Source: a virus
Taxonomy: Duplodnaviria; Caudoviricetes
Reading direction: 5' to 3' (one strand)
Length of the DNA: 56,537 nt
Virus record (IMG/VR): IMGVR_UViG_3300036806_000389
Coordinates: 1 to 56,537 of that record
The position numbers and the translations under genes were made by a program. Of the stretch, positions 1-9,564 are shown one piece after another (position 1 is the first letter of the stretch; the number at the start of each line of letters is the position of its first letter). The notes beneath the pieces were generated by a model. The model was not told the origin of the DNA, made no database searches, and saw only the letters and a program-made list of their open reading frames with translations.

Positions 1-377
1 TGCTCGGACGAGTGCTGCCTTGGTCGTCGGTACCGGTACGAGCTCGAGTGGCCTACCGGTCACCCAGGCGGTTCGATGGCCCCGTGTTCCGCGTCACCGC
101 CGCGGGTGTCGCGTCGCTCGGTAACTACGAGCCTCTGCCTGAAGGGAGTGGGCTCCGCGACTATTGGCTCCGCCAGCTCGGTGCCGGGGTGCCACAGAAG
201 ATCTTCAGCGTGCTCGTCGAGCGGTACCCGAACGGCGTCAATCGATCCGAGATCGGCGAACTAGCGGGCGTCAGCACCGGGAGCAGCACGTTCCGCAACG
301 CGCTGACCCGGCTGAAGAACCTTCAGGTGATGGAGGCACATGGCAACGCGTTCCGGATGAGCCAGGAATTGAGCTAA
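1..377 (+). CDS. 5'-truncated protein with C-terminal winged-HTH-like region; resembles the C-terminus of phage HerA/DUF87-like ATPases
   Basis: Frame appears open from the window edge; motif YEPLPEG..LRDYWLRQL..VERYPNGVNRSEIGELAGVS..STFRNALTRL. Confidence 0.45.
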   Translation, partial: LGRVLPWSSVPVRARVAYRSPRRFDGPVFRVTAAGVASLGNYEPLPEGSGLRDYWLRQLGAGVPQKIFSVLVERYPNGVNRSEIGELAGVSTGSSTFRNALTRLKNLQVMEAHGNAFRMSQELS

Positions 378-619
378 CGTGCCGGCGCGTGTCGACCTTC
401 CCCGATTGCCCTCACGCGCCCCGATGCTGCGCCGCTACCGGCTGTCACGATGGCAGCGTCCCAAACGGGTGGGGGACACTGGTCGAGCTCAGAGACGGCG
501 TGTGGCTGGCTTTCGCGTGGCAGGCGCCTCGTGAGAGCATCATGCACCGATCCGCCGCTGGAGAGCCGTTGGCCGGGCCGCCGAAGTGGGCTCGCCGCCG
601 GCAATGAACTGGAGAACGC

Positions 620-895
620 ATGACGATCGAGCAAGACAGGTTTCTCCCGTTGGCGCAGTGGCCAACGGCGGGAAATAACGTGAGCGAGTGGCAGGAGATC
701 GGCAAGCGCTGCTCAGCGGGACGCCGCACAATGTGGATCCGCTTCGAGCGCGGTCCGGGAGAGGCGATCGCGGCGTTCGAGCTATGCGCGGGTCGCGAGG
801 GAGGCGATGGGTTTGTGCGCGTCACCGACGGCAACCCGCAATTCGCCGAGCTTCTCGCGGTGCTCGAGGACGCGGTTTTCGCTGCGACGTCGTGA
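620..895 (+). CDS. Hypothetical protein, last gene of the plus-strand arm
   Basis: GGAGA Shine-Dalgarno (SD) before ATG; ends next to the terminator hairpin. Confidence 0.6.
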   Translation: MTIEQDRFLPLAQWPTAGNNVSEWQEIGKRCSAGRRTMWIRFERGPGEAIAAFELCAGREGGDGFVRVTDGNPQFAELLAVLEDAVFAATS

Positions 896-931
896 AAACG
901 AAAAAGCCCTCGCCGGCGAACCGGCGAGGGC
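895..931 (-). terminator. Intrinsic terminator ending the late operon, at the convergence of the two arms
   Basis: Perfect 11-bp stem GCCCTCGCCGG/CCGGCGAGGGC (906-931), UUCG loop on the minus strand, followed by TTTTTCGTTTT. Confidence 0.9.
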
Positions 932-955
932 ATGGTGCTGGGCAGCGAGCCGCGA

Positions 956-1309
956 CTAGTTTTGCGCAACGCGGAGCTGGATCGTGTGGTCCCACTCGTC
1001 GCCGCTCGAGTCCGTGACGTGGAAGCGCAGCACGTACTTCGTGCTCTGCGGGTTTGCTGGGTCCACGAAGCTCGCGCGGAAGCTGATCGCCTGCACGCCG
1101 TTTCCGGCGTCGCCCCAGGCCAGCGAGGAGACCACGAGGTCCGAGTCCGGAAGGACTACGGTCGACGTCGAGTCGACCACGTCCGGCCCGGTGACGTTCG
1201 CGATCGTCAGCGCGCCAAGGTCAAACGGGATGTTAAACGTCTTGTCGTCGTTCGGGTCCAAAGCCTCGGCCGGAGACGGCCATGTTCGATCGGGAAACGT
1301 CACGGTCAT
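956..1309 (-). CDS. Putative phage fibre-tail adaptor-like protein
   Basis: ATG at 1309 overlaps the upstream stop (ATGA); LDPNDDKTFNIPFD..YVLRFHVTDSSGDEWDHTIQLRV pattern. Confidence 0.55.
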   Translation of the reverse strand: MTVTFPDRTWPSPAEALDPNDDKTFNIPFDLGALTIANVTGPDVVDSTSTVVLPDSDLVVSSLAWGDAGNGVQAISFRASFVDPANPQSTKYVLRFHVTDSSGDEWDHTIQLRVAQN

Positions 1310-2946
1310 TTTCGCACCAACGGCAGCATGCGTTTTCGTGGGGAGCGGTCCGCGAGCGGTGTGGACCTTGGAACGGGCGCGAGGACGAAGGTAGCCGTCG
1401 CGGTGCACTCGCCCGCGGCCGTCGCACCAAAGGACGAGCAAGCCGCCGCCCCGGAACCGACGATTCCGGCCGTCTCGAACGCCGAGCAGACCGCGCCAAA
1501 GGACGCGCGCGCCGCGCCGCCTGTGCCGCGGAAGCGCTCTACGGCGGCGGCGAGCGCCCCGAACGCCGCGCGGGCCGCCGATGCGACGGCGGAGAACGCG
1601 TTCCGCTCAGAGCCAGTGCCGGCGGCCATGAAACCGGGCCTAGAGGCGCTCCCGGAGCCGACGGCCCCGTTTGCCTCGTGCCCCGCGCCGGACGCCGCAT
1701 TCGGGCTCCTGGCCGCCGCGCCTGAGCCCGAGAACCATTCGCTGCCGACAGCCGTGGCAGCGTTCGGCGAGCATGCCGCGGCTCCGATCCCTTTGAACTT
1801 CTCGGCGCCGGATGCGGACGCAGCGAAGGATGCTTGAGCCGCGGAGCCCGAGCCTGCGATTCCGACCGTCTTCGCCCCGGTGCCGGCGGCGGCGAAAGGC
1901 TGTCGGGCCGCGGTACATGCGCCGTGCATCTGCAGCGCGCCCGTTCCCGCGCACGCGAACGACGCGCGGGCTGCGCTTCCGGAGCCGCGAAACCGCTCTG
2001 CGCCGTTCGCAGCCGACGCGAAGCTGTGCAGGGTCGCCGATCCTGACCCCTTAAGGCTCTCCTTGCCCACGCCCGATGACGCGAACGGAGATTCGGCGCC
2101 GGCCGCCGACGCCCCGACGTCGATCGACATGAAACGTTCCGCGCCAGCGCCCGCAGCGGCGAAGCTCTGCCGCGCCGCCGATCCGCTCCCGGTGCGAGCC
2201 GACGCGCCCTCCGTACCGGACCCAGAAGAGGCGAATGTCGCGCGCGCTGCGCTCGCGCCGGCCGCGAAGCGTACGACCCCCGACGCGCTCGCCGCGTTCG
2301 AGTGCTCGGCAGCGGAGCCGGTGCCGGAAAACGTCGTGACGGCCGCCTTGAGGACGAGCGCGATCACGACGGACTTGGTGTAGGTGCCGGGGCTCACTCC
2401 GAGCGTCGTGCTGCCCGGCGCCGAGGTGAACATCTTGTCGCCGGCGAAGAAGCCGCCAGTGGTTCGATCCGTCCAGCCGCCGTCGATCGTCCCGCTGTTG
2501 TTGAACGTGGCTTGCACGACGAACGCGCCGTTCGTCTCGGTCGGATTGATGGTCACATCGCACGCGCCCGTCGTGGCCGTCGCGCTGCCGTGCTCTCCAA
2601 CCGGCGACGCTGTATCCGCGCCCGAGTACTCGAGGCAGATCGAGGTGTCCTGCGTCATCGCGCCCGAAAAGTTCACGGTGATCGTCGGCGTCGTGCCGCC
2701 CGTGATGTTTTTCGCGACGAAGCACTGGAGGAACCCGTCGACGGGTCGCGCGATGCGGCCCTCACCGCAATCGGTGTACGTGTTTCCCTGCGAATCAGTG
2801 ACCGAAGTGATCGTGACGTTGTTCTTCCAGAACATGAAGAACACGATGCAGTTGCCCGTCGTCGTGTTCGAGCCCCACGTGATGGTGCTCGACGTGCCTC
2901 CGAGTTCCAGGTCGTTGACCTGGTCTTGGACGAATGCGACTGCCAC
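1306..2946 (-). CDS. Fibre-like virion protein: beta-rich N-terminal domain plus ~20-aa Ala/Gly/Ser repeats
   Basis: Recurring GSGSAARxSFAAxGxGAERF units in the C-terminal half. Confidence 0.6.
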   Translation of the reverse strand: MAVAFVQDQVNDLELGGTSSTITWGSNTTTGNCIVFFMFWKNNVTITSVTDSQGNTYTDCGEGRIARPVDGFLQCFVAKNITGGTTPTITVNFSGAMTQDTSICLEYSGADTASPVGEHGSATATTGACDVTINPTETNGAFVVQATFNNSGTIDGGWTDRTTGGFFAGDKMFTSAPGSTTLGVSPGTYTKSVVIALVLKAAVTTFSGTGSAAEHSNAASASGVVRFAAGASAARATFASSGSGTEGASARTGSGSAARQSFAAAGAGAERFMSIDVGASAAGAESPFASSGVGKESLKGSGSATLHSFASAANGAERFRGSGSAARASFACAGTGALQMHGACTAARQPFAAAGTGAKTVGIAGSGSAAQASFAASASGAEKFKGIGAAACSPNAATAVGSEWFSGSGAAARSPNAASGAGHEANGAVGSGSASRPGFMAAGTGSERNAFSAVASAARAAFGALAAAVERFRGTGGAARASFGAVCSAFETAGIVGSGAAACSSFGATAAGECTATATFVLAPVPRSTPLADRSPRKRMLPLVRK

Positions 2947-2952
2947 GATTGA

Positions 2953-4344
2953 TCAGATTCCCAGCGCGAGCAGCGCGGGCCCGGAAAACGGGGGAGTGAA
3001 CGTGTGCGAGCCGGATCCAACGGTCACGCTTCCAGTGCCGTTCACCACGCGCCCGACGACGTCGTACCACTCGAACGTGTAGGTGCCCGCGACCATGGTC
3101 ATCGTGAACGCGCCCGAAGAGTTCTGCAGAGCGAGGTATTGCGAGCCGGGATTCGCGAGACAGAATCCCGTCGAGCTCAGCGCAGCGTTCGGGACGCAGA
3201 GCTTCAGATTCACCCTCTGCGCGTACGACCGCGCGTCACCGAGCGCGAACCGGATCCCCTCCCACTTCATATCGACGCTAGTTCCGTAGCCGTCGGAAAT
3301 CGTGCCGCCGGGCGCGTTCCGGCCACCGTTCGACCAGACCCACAGGTAGGGGTCCATGAACGCCGGCGAGCAGCCCTGGCATAGCACCTGGAACGGCCAC
3401 GCGGCGCGGGCCGAGGCTCCGTCGGTCAGCATCTGCGGCCACGAGTAAGCGTGGTCCGTGTCGATGATGACGACCTTCGTGCCGTCGGAGACGAACGTCG
3501 ACGCGCTTGGCGAGATCCAGTCGGCGTTGCTCGCCAGCAGATCCGAATCGCTTCCGCCGCTGAACGCGAACGTATAGCCGACCGGATGCTGCAGCGGCTT
3601 GCTGGACTCGTAGGTGTGGACGAAGTCGATGAAATGGCGTTGCCACGCATCGCTGCCCGATCCGGCCTCGTTGCTGATCTCGAACATGACGTTGTCGAGA
3701 TCTCGAACCGAGTCGACGAGCTTCGTGACGTACGCCTCTTGGATCGTCGTCACGCCCGAGTTGTTGAGCGTGAGAAAGTCCGCCTCGGAGATCGCGACGC
3801 CGTTGATGTTGTTCCCGCTGACGAACGGAAACGCATCTCGCCCGGAGCGCAGCGCGAATTGCTGCTGGTAGCCAGAGAAGAGCATCACGGAGACCCAGAT
3901 CCCGCGGGCTCGAGCGGCGAGACAACGCGCGCGCACGCGGTCGAAATACGCCTGGTTGAACAACGTCAGATCGGCCTTGGGACCTCCGTCGTCAGCTGTT
4001 CCCGGGCCCGTTCTCTGCCAGGGGAGCTGCGCGTAGAACCAGTCGACGCCGGAGCCGTCGTCGGGCTCCTCGTAGACGTGATCCATGTATCCCGTCCAAA
4101 GACGGATCCAATTCGCTCCGCGCGCGACGAGAAAGTCCAGGTGCCCCGGGAAGCCGAAGACCGGGGGCGGCTCGGCGGATCCCTGGTCGATCGCGTTGGA
4201 CCAATGATGCGGCCCCACGAGGAACACGGGCGTTCCGTCTGGCTTCGCAAAATAGCGCGGGTTGTCGGTGCTCGCCTTGAGGAGCATGGAGTTGCCGCCA
4301 CTGCCCGCGACAGCGGCGGCAAACGAAGCCATGCGTGCGGGCAC
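2953..4344 (-). CDS. Putative glycoside hydrolase (DUF6298/DUF4038-like TIM barrel with C-terminal beta domain)
   Basis: NPRYF, NWIRLW, PWQRTGPG, FNQAYFDRVR, FEISNE (clan-A-like acid/base Glu), SSTGFCLANPGSQY. Confidence 0.75.
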   Translation of the reverse strand: MPARMASFAAAVAGSGGNSMLLKASTDNPRYFAKPDGTPVFLVGPHHWSNAIDQGSAEPPPVFGFPGHLDFLVARGANWIRLWTGYMDHVYEEPDDGSGVDWFYAQLPWQRTGPGTADDGGPKADLTLFNQAYFDRVRARCLAARARGIWVSVMLFSGYQQQFALRSGRDAFPFVSGNNINGVAISEADFLTLNNSGVTTIQEAYVTKLVDSVRDLDNVMFEISNEAGSGSDAWQRHFIDFVHTYESSKPLQHPVGYTFAFSGGSDSDLLASNADWISPSASTFVSDGTKVVIIDTDHAYSWPQMLTDGASARAAWPFQVLCQGCSPAFMDPYLWVWSNGGRNAPGGTISDGYGTSVDMKWEGIRFALGDARSYAQRVNLKLCVPNAALSSTGFCLANPGSQYLALQNSSGAFTMTMVAGTYTFEWYDVVGRVVNGTGSVTVGSGSHTFTPPFSGPALLALGI

Positions 4345-4353
4345 GACGTTCCT

Positions 4354-4647
4354 TCACTCCGCCGGCGTGACGATGCCGATGCCGGCCGCCACGAGCTTCG
4401 GCGCGCCCGCGTCGTTCTCGAGTTGCTCTGACGGTTCTCCGGGAACTTCGAAGACAGGGATGTCGTCGGGACCCATGAGCTCCACCTCGACGACGCGCAC
4501 CCAGCCGGTAGCCCTTCCAGGGCGGCCGTGAATGCGCTCCGCCTCTGCGGCGATCGGAGCAATCTGCTCTTCGCTCGGCGGCTCCGAGAAGGCGTGAGAA
4601 GTCACCACTCCGTGGTGCTGGTGTCGAACCATGTGGACCTTAGCCAT
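4354..4647 (-). CDS. Hypothetical protein (MAKVHMVRH...)
   Basis: AGGAG SD; fills the gap in the operon. Confidence 0.65.
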   Translation of the reverse strand: MAKVHMVRHQHHGVVTSHAFSEPPSEEQIAPIAAEAERIHGRPGRATGWVRVVEVELMGPDDIPVFEVPGEPSEQLENDAGAPKLVAAGIGIVTPAE

Positions 4648-4658
4648 GCTTGCTCCTG

Positions 4659-5075
4659 TTACGCAGCCTGCGAGATGGTCAACGACGTGATCGAACACGT
4701 CGCGCCGCTCGCGAAGGCCACCGAATTGAAGTTGACGTTCGCGCCGGACGTCCCCGCCGACATGTCCGTCACGGTATCGGTGATTCGCACACCACCGCTC
4801 TTGAGCAACGTGCACCACGCGGCGGTGCTCGTCGCGTTGATGCTCGTGTCGTCGCCGATCGTGTTTGCCACCTTCGAACCGGCAGAGGCCGCGGCAAACG
4901 CCGTCGCTCCGAAGGTGTTGTCCGCGAGATCGACCTGGGCGCCGAGCGCCGTGTCCGCGTCCGTCGGCTGCGTGCCGTCGTACGTGCGGAAGAATCCGCT
5001 GTTCAGCGCGTCGAAGACGTTGTTCAGCGAGACGTTGCGGCCGTTGACCGTGCTGGTCTTGGGGTTCAGGGCCAT
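4659..5075 (-). CDS. Small virion structural protein, fibre-associated
   Basis: YDGTQPTDADTA..GTSGANVNFNSVAFASGATCSITSLTI, a pattern common in phage fibre modules. Confidence 0.65.
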   Translation of the reverse strand: MALNPKTSTVNGRNVSLNNVFDALNSGFFRTYDGTQPTDADTALGAQVDLADNTFGATAFAAASAGSKVANTIGDDTSINATSTAAWCTLLKSGGVRITDTVTDMSAGTSGANVNFNSVAFASGATCSITSLTISQAA

Positions 5076-5078
5076 GGA

Positions 5079-5468
5079 TCACTCCCTTTCCGCGAGCTTC
5101 GCCCGCAGCTTTTCGAGCTCCGCGTCGCGGGACTCGATCAAGCCGACCATCGCGTCGATCTCGGCGAGCAACGCCGCCCGCGACGCGATGAACGGCAATT
5201 CCTTGGCGTCGAGGCGAGTGCGACGCTCGGATCCCGCCTTGATCTTGTTGTAGCGGACTTGCTTGGCATCGACTTCGACGGTCGTGATGACGTCGAGGCC
5301 GTGGCGCCACTCACAGCGCGCGCCGTGGAGCTCGCCACGCTCGAGCCGGTCGGCGAGCTCGCGGAACTTCGCGATCGCAGCTTCCCTCGGCTCCGCGCCG
5401 GTGCGCGTGACCTCCGACGGGACGATGGGGAGTACAGATGCGGCAGAGCCGCCGTGTCCGTGTGCCAT
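5079..5468 (-). CDS. Hypothetical protein with coiled-coil C-terminus
   Basis: AAGGA SD before ATG 5468. Confidence 0.6.
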   Translation of the reverse strand: MAHGHGGSAASVLPIVPSEVTRTGAEPREAAIAKFRELADRLERGELHGARCEWRHGLDVITTVEVDAKQVRYNKIKAGSERRTRLDAKELPFIASRAALLAEIDAMVGLIESRDAELEKLRAKLAERE

Positions 5469-5571
5469 TGAACGGTTCCTTTCGCGCTCCTCGGCGCGGG
5501 CTCGTGGACGCACGTGTGCAGCCGCGCTTTCGCGCGTCAGAGGGCGTGCGCGGCCCTCGGTGATTGATCAG

Positions 5572-6078
5572 CTACCCGCGGCGGGGCGGCAGCTGCGGCC
5601 GGTACGGCGGCAGCCCTTCGGGGGGCGTGCTCGGCGCGTGCGGGTCCTTACCCGCGTTGTATCGACGGAGTGGCCGCTCGAGCTCGTCAACCTTCTGGCG
5701 CGCGTACTCGGAATCTTCCGCGTCTCGCATTCGACGGCGCCGCTCGAGCTCTTGGTCGAGAGGGTTCCGGGCGGACCGTTCTCGCTCGAGTTGCTCGGCT
5801 CGCGCCCGCACGCGACGTTCCTCAAGGAACAGGTTCACGGTGTCCTCAGGGGGTCGCGCCGGCGGCGGCGCCGAAGGAGCGCCGTCGAGTTCCTGGCAAA
5901 ACACCTGACTCGCCCGGATTGCCGACTTCGCGATCGTCTTCAGCCGCTCGGCTTCGCGCCGCGCGCGAGATGCCACGAGGATGCTCGCGCCGCCGGCGAC
6001 GAGTCCGCCGACGAAAGCGCCGACACCAGCGGACATCTGCACCAAGGTCCAGAGTTCTGCTGCCGGGTCGGCCATCAC
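5572..6078 (-). CDS. Membrane-anchored protein with charged cytoplasmic tail (lysis region)
   Basis: Hydrophobic stretch AGVGAFVGGLVAGGASILVA; overlaps the upstream stop. Confidence 0.55.
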   Translation of the reverse strand: MMADPAAELWTLVQMSAGVGAFVGGLVAGGASILVASRARREAERLKTIAKSAIRASQVFCQELDGAPSAPPPARPPEDTVNLFLEERRVRARAEQLERERSARNPLDQELERRRRMRDAEDSEYARQKVDELERPLRRYNAGKDPHAPSTPPEGLPPYRPQLPPRRG

Positions 6079-6392
6079 AGTCCGTCGGACGACGGCCGAT
6101 CCGCGAGCCCGATGTGGATCTTGATCCGCCGGATCTCATCCGCGTGCGCGTCGAGCCGCCTGGTCGTCCGGTCGTAGTGCTCGAGCACGGTTGTTCGCAG
6201 GCTATTCAACGCCGTTCCGATCGTTCGGTTGTGCTCTTCGGACGCGCGTCTCACCTGCTCGATAGCGTCGAAGACGGCGCCTAGTTCCTCGGGCTCCGTC
6301 GAAGGCGCTTCGATCTCCGGCACTCCTGCCGGACCGGGAAGCCGCGTCGATGCCGTGGGCGGTCGCGTGTCGCGCAAATCCTGGTCGCTCAT
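6075..6392 (-). CDS. Hypothetical coiled-coil protein (MSDQDLRD...)
   Basis: AAGGAG SD upstream of ATG 6392. Confidence 0.6.
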   Translation of the reverse strand: MSDQDLRDTRPPTASTRLPGPAGVPEIEAPSTEPEELGAVFDAIEQVRRASEEHNRTIGTALNSLRTTVLEHYDRTTRRLDAHADEIRRIKIHIGLADRPSSDGL

Positions 6393-6409
6393 CGCCGATT
6401 CGTTCTCCT

Positions 6410-7093
6410 TTATCGGATCGTCGGAAGCGCTCGATAGATGCGTGACTGATCGATCTGCGCGCCGCCCTTGAAGAACCCGGCAGGTCCCCGCGGATCGACG
6501 GGGCCGACGCGGTGTTGCCACATGCCCGGGACCACGTCGCCAGGCGTCGCGGGCGTCGCGAGATTCGGATCGGCGGGATACTCCGCGCACCAGAGGCAAG
6601 CGTTCGCGTCGGTCGCGCCGTCGAGCCCCGAGGACATGTCGATCACCCACTCGGGCGCACCGAGCCCGACGTGCCAATCGCGCTGCGTGATGTAGAGGCG
6701 AGCTCCGCCGTAGTTGTCGAGGATCGCCTGAAAGAACGCACGCAACGCCTCGCTGTCGTCCGGCGCGAGCGTCGCTTTCACGTCGGGCTCGACGTCGAGA
6801 GCCGGCGCGACGTCGCCCGCGCGGAATCCCGCGGCGTCGCAGTCACGCCGGAAGGCGTCGAACTGGATGTCGAACGGCTGACGCCGCCAGAAGTGATATC
6901 CGCCGACCGTGAGATTCGCGGAGCGGAACAGCCTCACGAACGCCGCCGCGCGGTCGTCGGCGGTTGTCCCGTAGTCGATGCGCACGTCCGCGTGAGTGAC
7001 GCCGAGCTGCGCCCACGCGCGCGCGTCGATGGCGCTCGGATCCTGAAAGTGGGACACGTCAACGCCGTATCCGACCTGCGCGGGTAGAATCAT
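6410..7093 (-). CDS. Endolysin, GH25 muramidase
   Basis: GVDVSHFQ, GGYHF, PALDVE (DxE catalytic motif), LWCAEY, MWQH. Confidence 0.88.
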   Translation of the reverse strand: MILPAQVGYGVDVSHFQDPSAIDARAWAQLGVTHADVRIDYGTTADDRAAAFVRLFRSANLTVGGYHFWRRQPFDIQFDAFRRDCDAAGFRAGDVAPALDVEPDVKATLAPDDSEALRAFFQAILDNYGGARLYITQRDWHVGLGAPEWVIDMSSGLDGATDANACLWCAEYPADPNLATPATPGDVVPGMWQHRVGPVDPRGPAGFFKGGAQIDQSRIYRALPTIR

Positions 7094-7344
7094 CGGTTTT
7101 GCCTTTTTCCTTCGTCGAGGTGGGCCGTGACGAGCGACGCGCGGAAGGCGGGTTCGGAAGGAGGCCGAGGGTTGCTCCGCTTCGTGGGCAGCTCTTCGAG
7201 CTTTCCGCCCAGCGCGACGTACGCCTCGCACAGTCGCCGTTCCTTGTTCACGGCATCGATCGACGCCTGCCGCGCCGCGAGCAGCTCTTCTTCGACGATC
7301 TCGCACGCGACGCGGATCGCCTCTTTTTCGACCTCGTTGCGCAT
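7090..7344 (-). CDS. Hypothetical protein (MRNEVEKE...)
   Basis: Start and stop overlap both neighbours. Confidence 0.6.
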   Translation of the reverse strand: MRNEVEKEAIRVACEIVEEELLAARQASIDAVNKERRLCEAYVALGGKLEELPTKRSNPRPPSEPAFRASLVTAHLDEGKRQNR

Positions 7345-7469
7345 CACGATTCGCCGCAGAGTCGCCGCGATAGAGCGGCGATCGGCCACGCCGCTGCGAC
7401 GATCGCGAGGCCCCCGATGAACACCGCGACCGAGAACGCGTCCAGCGCGTTCGACGCGATTGATTTCAT
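7344..7469 (-). CDS. 41-aa single-TM protein, absent from the ORF track
   Basis: AGGAG SD; MKSIASNALDAFSVAVFIGGLAIVAAAWPIAALSRRLCGES; TGATG coupling to the next gene. Confidence 0.6.
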   Translation of the reverse strand: MKSIASNALDAFSVAVFIGGLAIVAAAWPIAALSRRLCGES

Positions 7470-7553
7470 TGCGCGCTCCTGGGGAAGCGCCGCGCCGCGG
7501 GCTCGGCGGAAAGAATGTACCGCTCGAGCCCGGGACGCGGCCGGGTTGGTCGA

Positions 7554-8324
7554 TCAGGTCGCGACGGCTCGGAGCGTCCAGAAGTCCGAGGAAAGACCTG
7601 GATCCAACAGATAGGCATACGGAATGGTAAAATATCCGCGCTGCCCCCACGATGCTGACCACGAGTTGCGCACGATGAACCGCTGTATCGAGTCGTCGTA
7701 TCCGACGGCGAGCACGGCGTGACCGCCGAGCACCTCTTCGCCCTTCGAGGGCATCGGCACCGCGCCCGTTTGCGCGACCTGCTGGCTCTCGAAGCTTTCG
7801 TAGACGGTGAAGCCGAAGACGAACGGGAAGCCGCTCGCGAGGCAGGCCTTCATGTCCGCGAGCTGCTGAGCGACGCGCTCGTAGCTCGTCACGCGGTGCT
7901 TCAGCGCGGCCAAGAAGACGGACTTCGGCGGCTTCTTCGTGAAGACGCCCGGGTTCGCGTCGCTGTACGGATAGAGCGTCTCCGGAGGCGCCCCGAGCAC
8001 CGCGCAGGCCTTCACGCCGTCGCGGATCTGCGCTCCGGAATCCTGCCCGACCGTCCCCTCCATCGACCGCTCGTTGTAGTAGATGAACAGGCGCGACGGA
8101 GTCCCGCTCGAGACCGCTTGCTTGAGCAGGTCGAACTCGATGCCCGCGGCGATGCTGTTCGCCGTGCAGCTCCCGAGCTGGCCCTGGTCGTAGACGACCT
8201 TGGGGCACTGCGGGCGAAGATCGATCTTCGGCGGCGTGCGCATCACCTTCGGCGCGTAGTGGTGGTCGCGGTGATCAGGATGGTCGGGAACCCAGCCGTA
8301 GCGCGCGATTTTGCGAGGGTTCAT
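7554..8324 (-). CDS. Papain-like C1A cysteine peptidase (xylellain-like)
   Basis: QGQLGSCTA (Cys), GGHAVLAVGY (His), VRNSW (Asn), WGQRGYF. Confidence 0.93.
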   Translation of the reverse strand: MNPRKIARYGWVPDHPDHRDHHYAPKVMRTPPKIDLRPQCPKVVYDQGQLGSCTANSIAAGIEFDLLKQAVSSGTPSRLFIYYNERSMEGTVGQDSGAQIRDGVKACAVLGAPPETLYPYSDANPGVFTKKPPKSVFLAALKHRVTSYERVAQQLADMKACLASGFPFVFGFTVYESFESQQVAQTGAVPMPSKGEEVLGGHAVLAVGYDDSIQRFIVRNSWSASWGQRGYFTIPYAYLLDPGLSSDFWTLRAVAT

Positions 8325-8560
8325 TTGGCCTCGCAGGCGGTGAAGTCCAAGTAGAACTCCTTGCCCAGTTCGAATTGCGCCATCGCCTCGGGATTCGTGA
8401 TCGTCATCTTCAGCGAGCCGCTGGGCGTGTATTTCGACCAGCTCTTATTTTCCTCACTGCTGCCGATCACCGGCTGCATCTCGACCGATTCCTGCTTTTC
8501 GCATCGGTGGTGCTGCACACTTGAAACGCTCACCACCACGAACTTGGCACGTACACTCAT
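8321..8560 (-). CDS. Small phage protein of unknown function (MSVRAKF...)
   Basis: EENKSWSKYTPSGSLKMTITNP..FELGKEFYLDF; ATGA coupling to the peptidase. Confidence 0.75.
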   Translation of the reverse strand: MSVRAKFVVVSVSSVQHHRCEKQESVEMQPVIGSSEENKSWSKYTPSGSLKMTITNPEAMAQFELGKEFYLDFTACEAK

Positions 8561-8562
8561 GG

Positions 8563-8856
8563 TCAATTTCCTGCATCTGCGCATTCGTGCGCGGTATCGA
8601 GGGAATCGAGGAATCGCTGCGCCGCGGCGAGGCCGGAGGCGGAGCAAACGGAGTCGACCTGGGCCAGCAAGGCGCCCTCGCCGGCGTCACGCTCCTCGGC
8701 AACGCAGACGATGCGCGCGCCGAGATTGTCGCAGGGTGACGTCGGGGGCACCGGGCCCGCGTCCGCGAAAGACGTTGGCGCCGGCGGAGTCACCGGAGAG
8801 ACGCTGCGGCAGCCGCAAAGAGCGACCACCGCAGCAAACCAGAGAGCGAGCCTCAC
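8563..8856 (-). CDS. Lipoprotein, o-spanin candidate
   Basis: GTG start overlapping the upstream stop; hydrophobic leader, lipobox LCGC, Pro-rich linker. Confidence 0.55.
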   Translation of the reverse strand: MRLALWFAAVVALCGCRSVSPVTPPAPTSFADAGPVPPTSPCDNLGARIVCVAEERDAGEGALLAQVDSVCSASGLAAAQRFLDSLDTAHECADAGN

Positions 8857-9494
8857 GGCGCCCCCGCGTCGTGCTCTGCCGCTTTCATGGCCGCGCGTTC
8901 GCGGATCGTCTCCATGTTGGCGGCTTTCATCGCTGCCAATCCGGCGCCGTGCGCGTCGGCTTCGCTTCCGCCCTTCGCCGCGACGGACGAGCATTCGTCT
9001 CCGGCTAAGATCTCGAGCGCATCGACGCAAAGAGGAGCCAGCGGACCGCAGTACTCCGCTGCCTGCGCCTCAGCCTGCGCGATCTCCGTTTCCGTGAGAG
9101 CGCACGTGAACGACTGCGCGCCGGGGTCGGAGAAGTGCAGGAATGACAAGCAAGCGACCAGGAATGCGCTCGCAACGATGCATCCAAAGAAGAAGACGCA
9201 CGCTACCGTGGTCGTCGCCTTGCGAAGCGCGACTCGTCTTACCATCGCGACCTGTCGCCGCGACTGCAGCCACGAGAGCACCTGCTGCGTAGCGGTCGCA
9301 ATCGATCCGACGGCGTTTGCAACTCGCGTGAAGAACGCATCGATCGCAAGCGCCTTCGCTGAGCCGGTGAACATGCCGAAGATGGTCGCGAAGAACATCG
9401 CGATCGCCTGCACGCCAGTGAGAACCATCACGATGGCGCCGACGAGCGCCGCGTACGGAATCGATTGAAGCTTGTTCAGGATGTCGGAAAACAT
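8853..9494 (-). CDS. Multi-TM membrane protein, holin or i-spanin candidate
   Basis: AAGGA SD; two to three hydrophobic segments and a Cys-containing C-terminal domain; first gene of the lysis region. Confidence 0.55.
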   Translation of the reverse strand: MFSDILNKLQSIPYAALVGAIVMVLTGVQAIAMFFATIFGMFTGSAKALAIDAFFTRVANAVGSIATATQQVLSWLQSRRQVAMVRRVALRKATTTVACVFFFGCIVASAFLVACLSFLHFSDPGAQSFTCALTETEIAQAEAQAAEYCGPLAPLCVDALEILAGDECSSVAAKGGSEADAHGAGLAAMKAANMETIRERAAMKAAEHDAGAP

Positions 9495-9564
9495 GGATGT
9501 GTCCTTTCGCGTCGGCGCGAGCCGACGTGCCAATTTGCTGCGCTCAACAGAGCGAGCGTCGTTG

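Noticed and set aside
389-607. Small plus-strand CDS between the first two genes
   Set aside because: Fills the gap but has no clear SD or motif; not enough support
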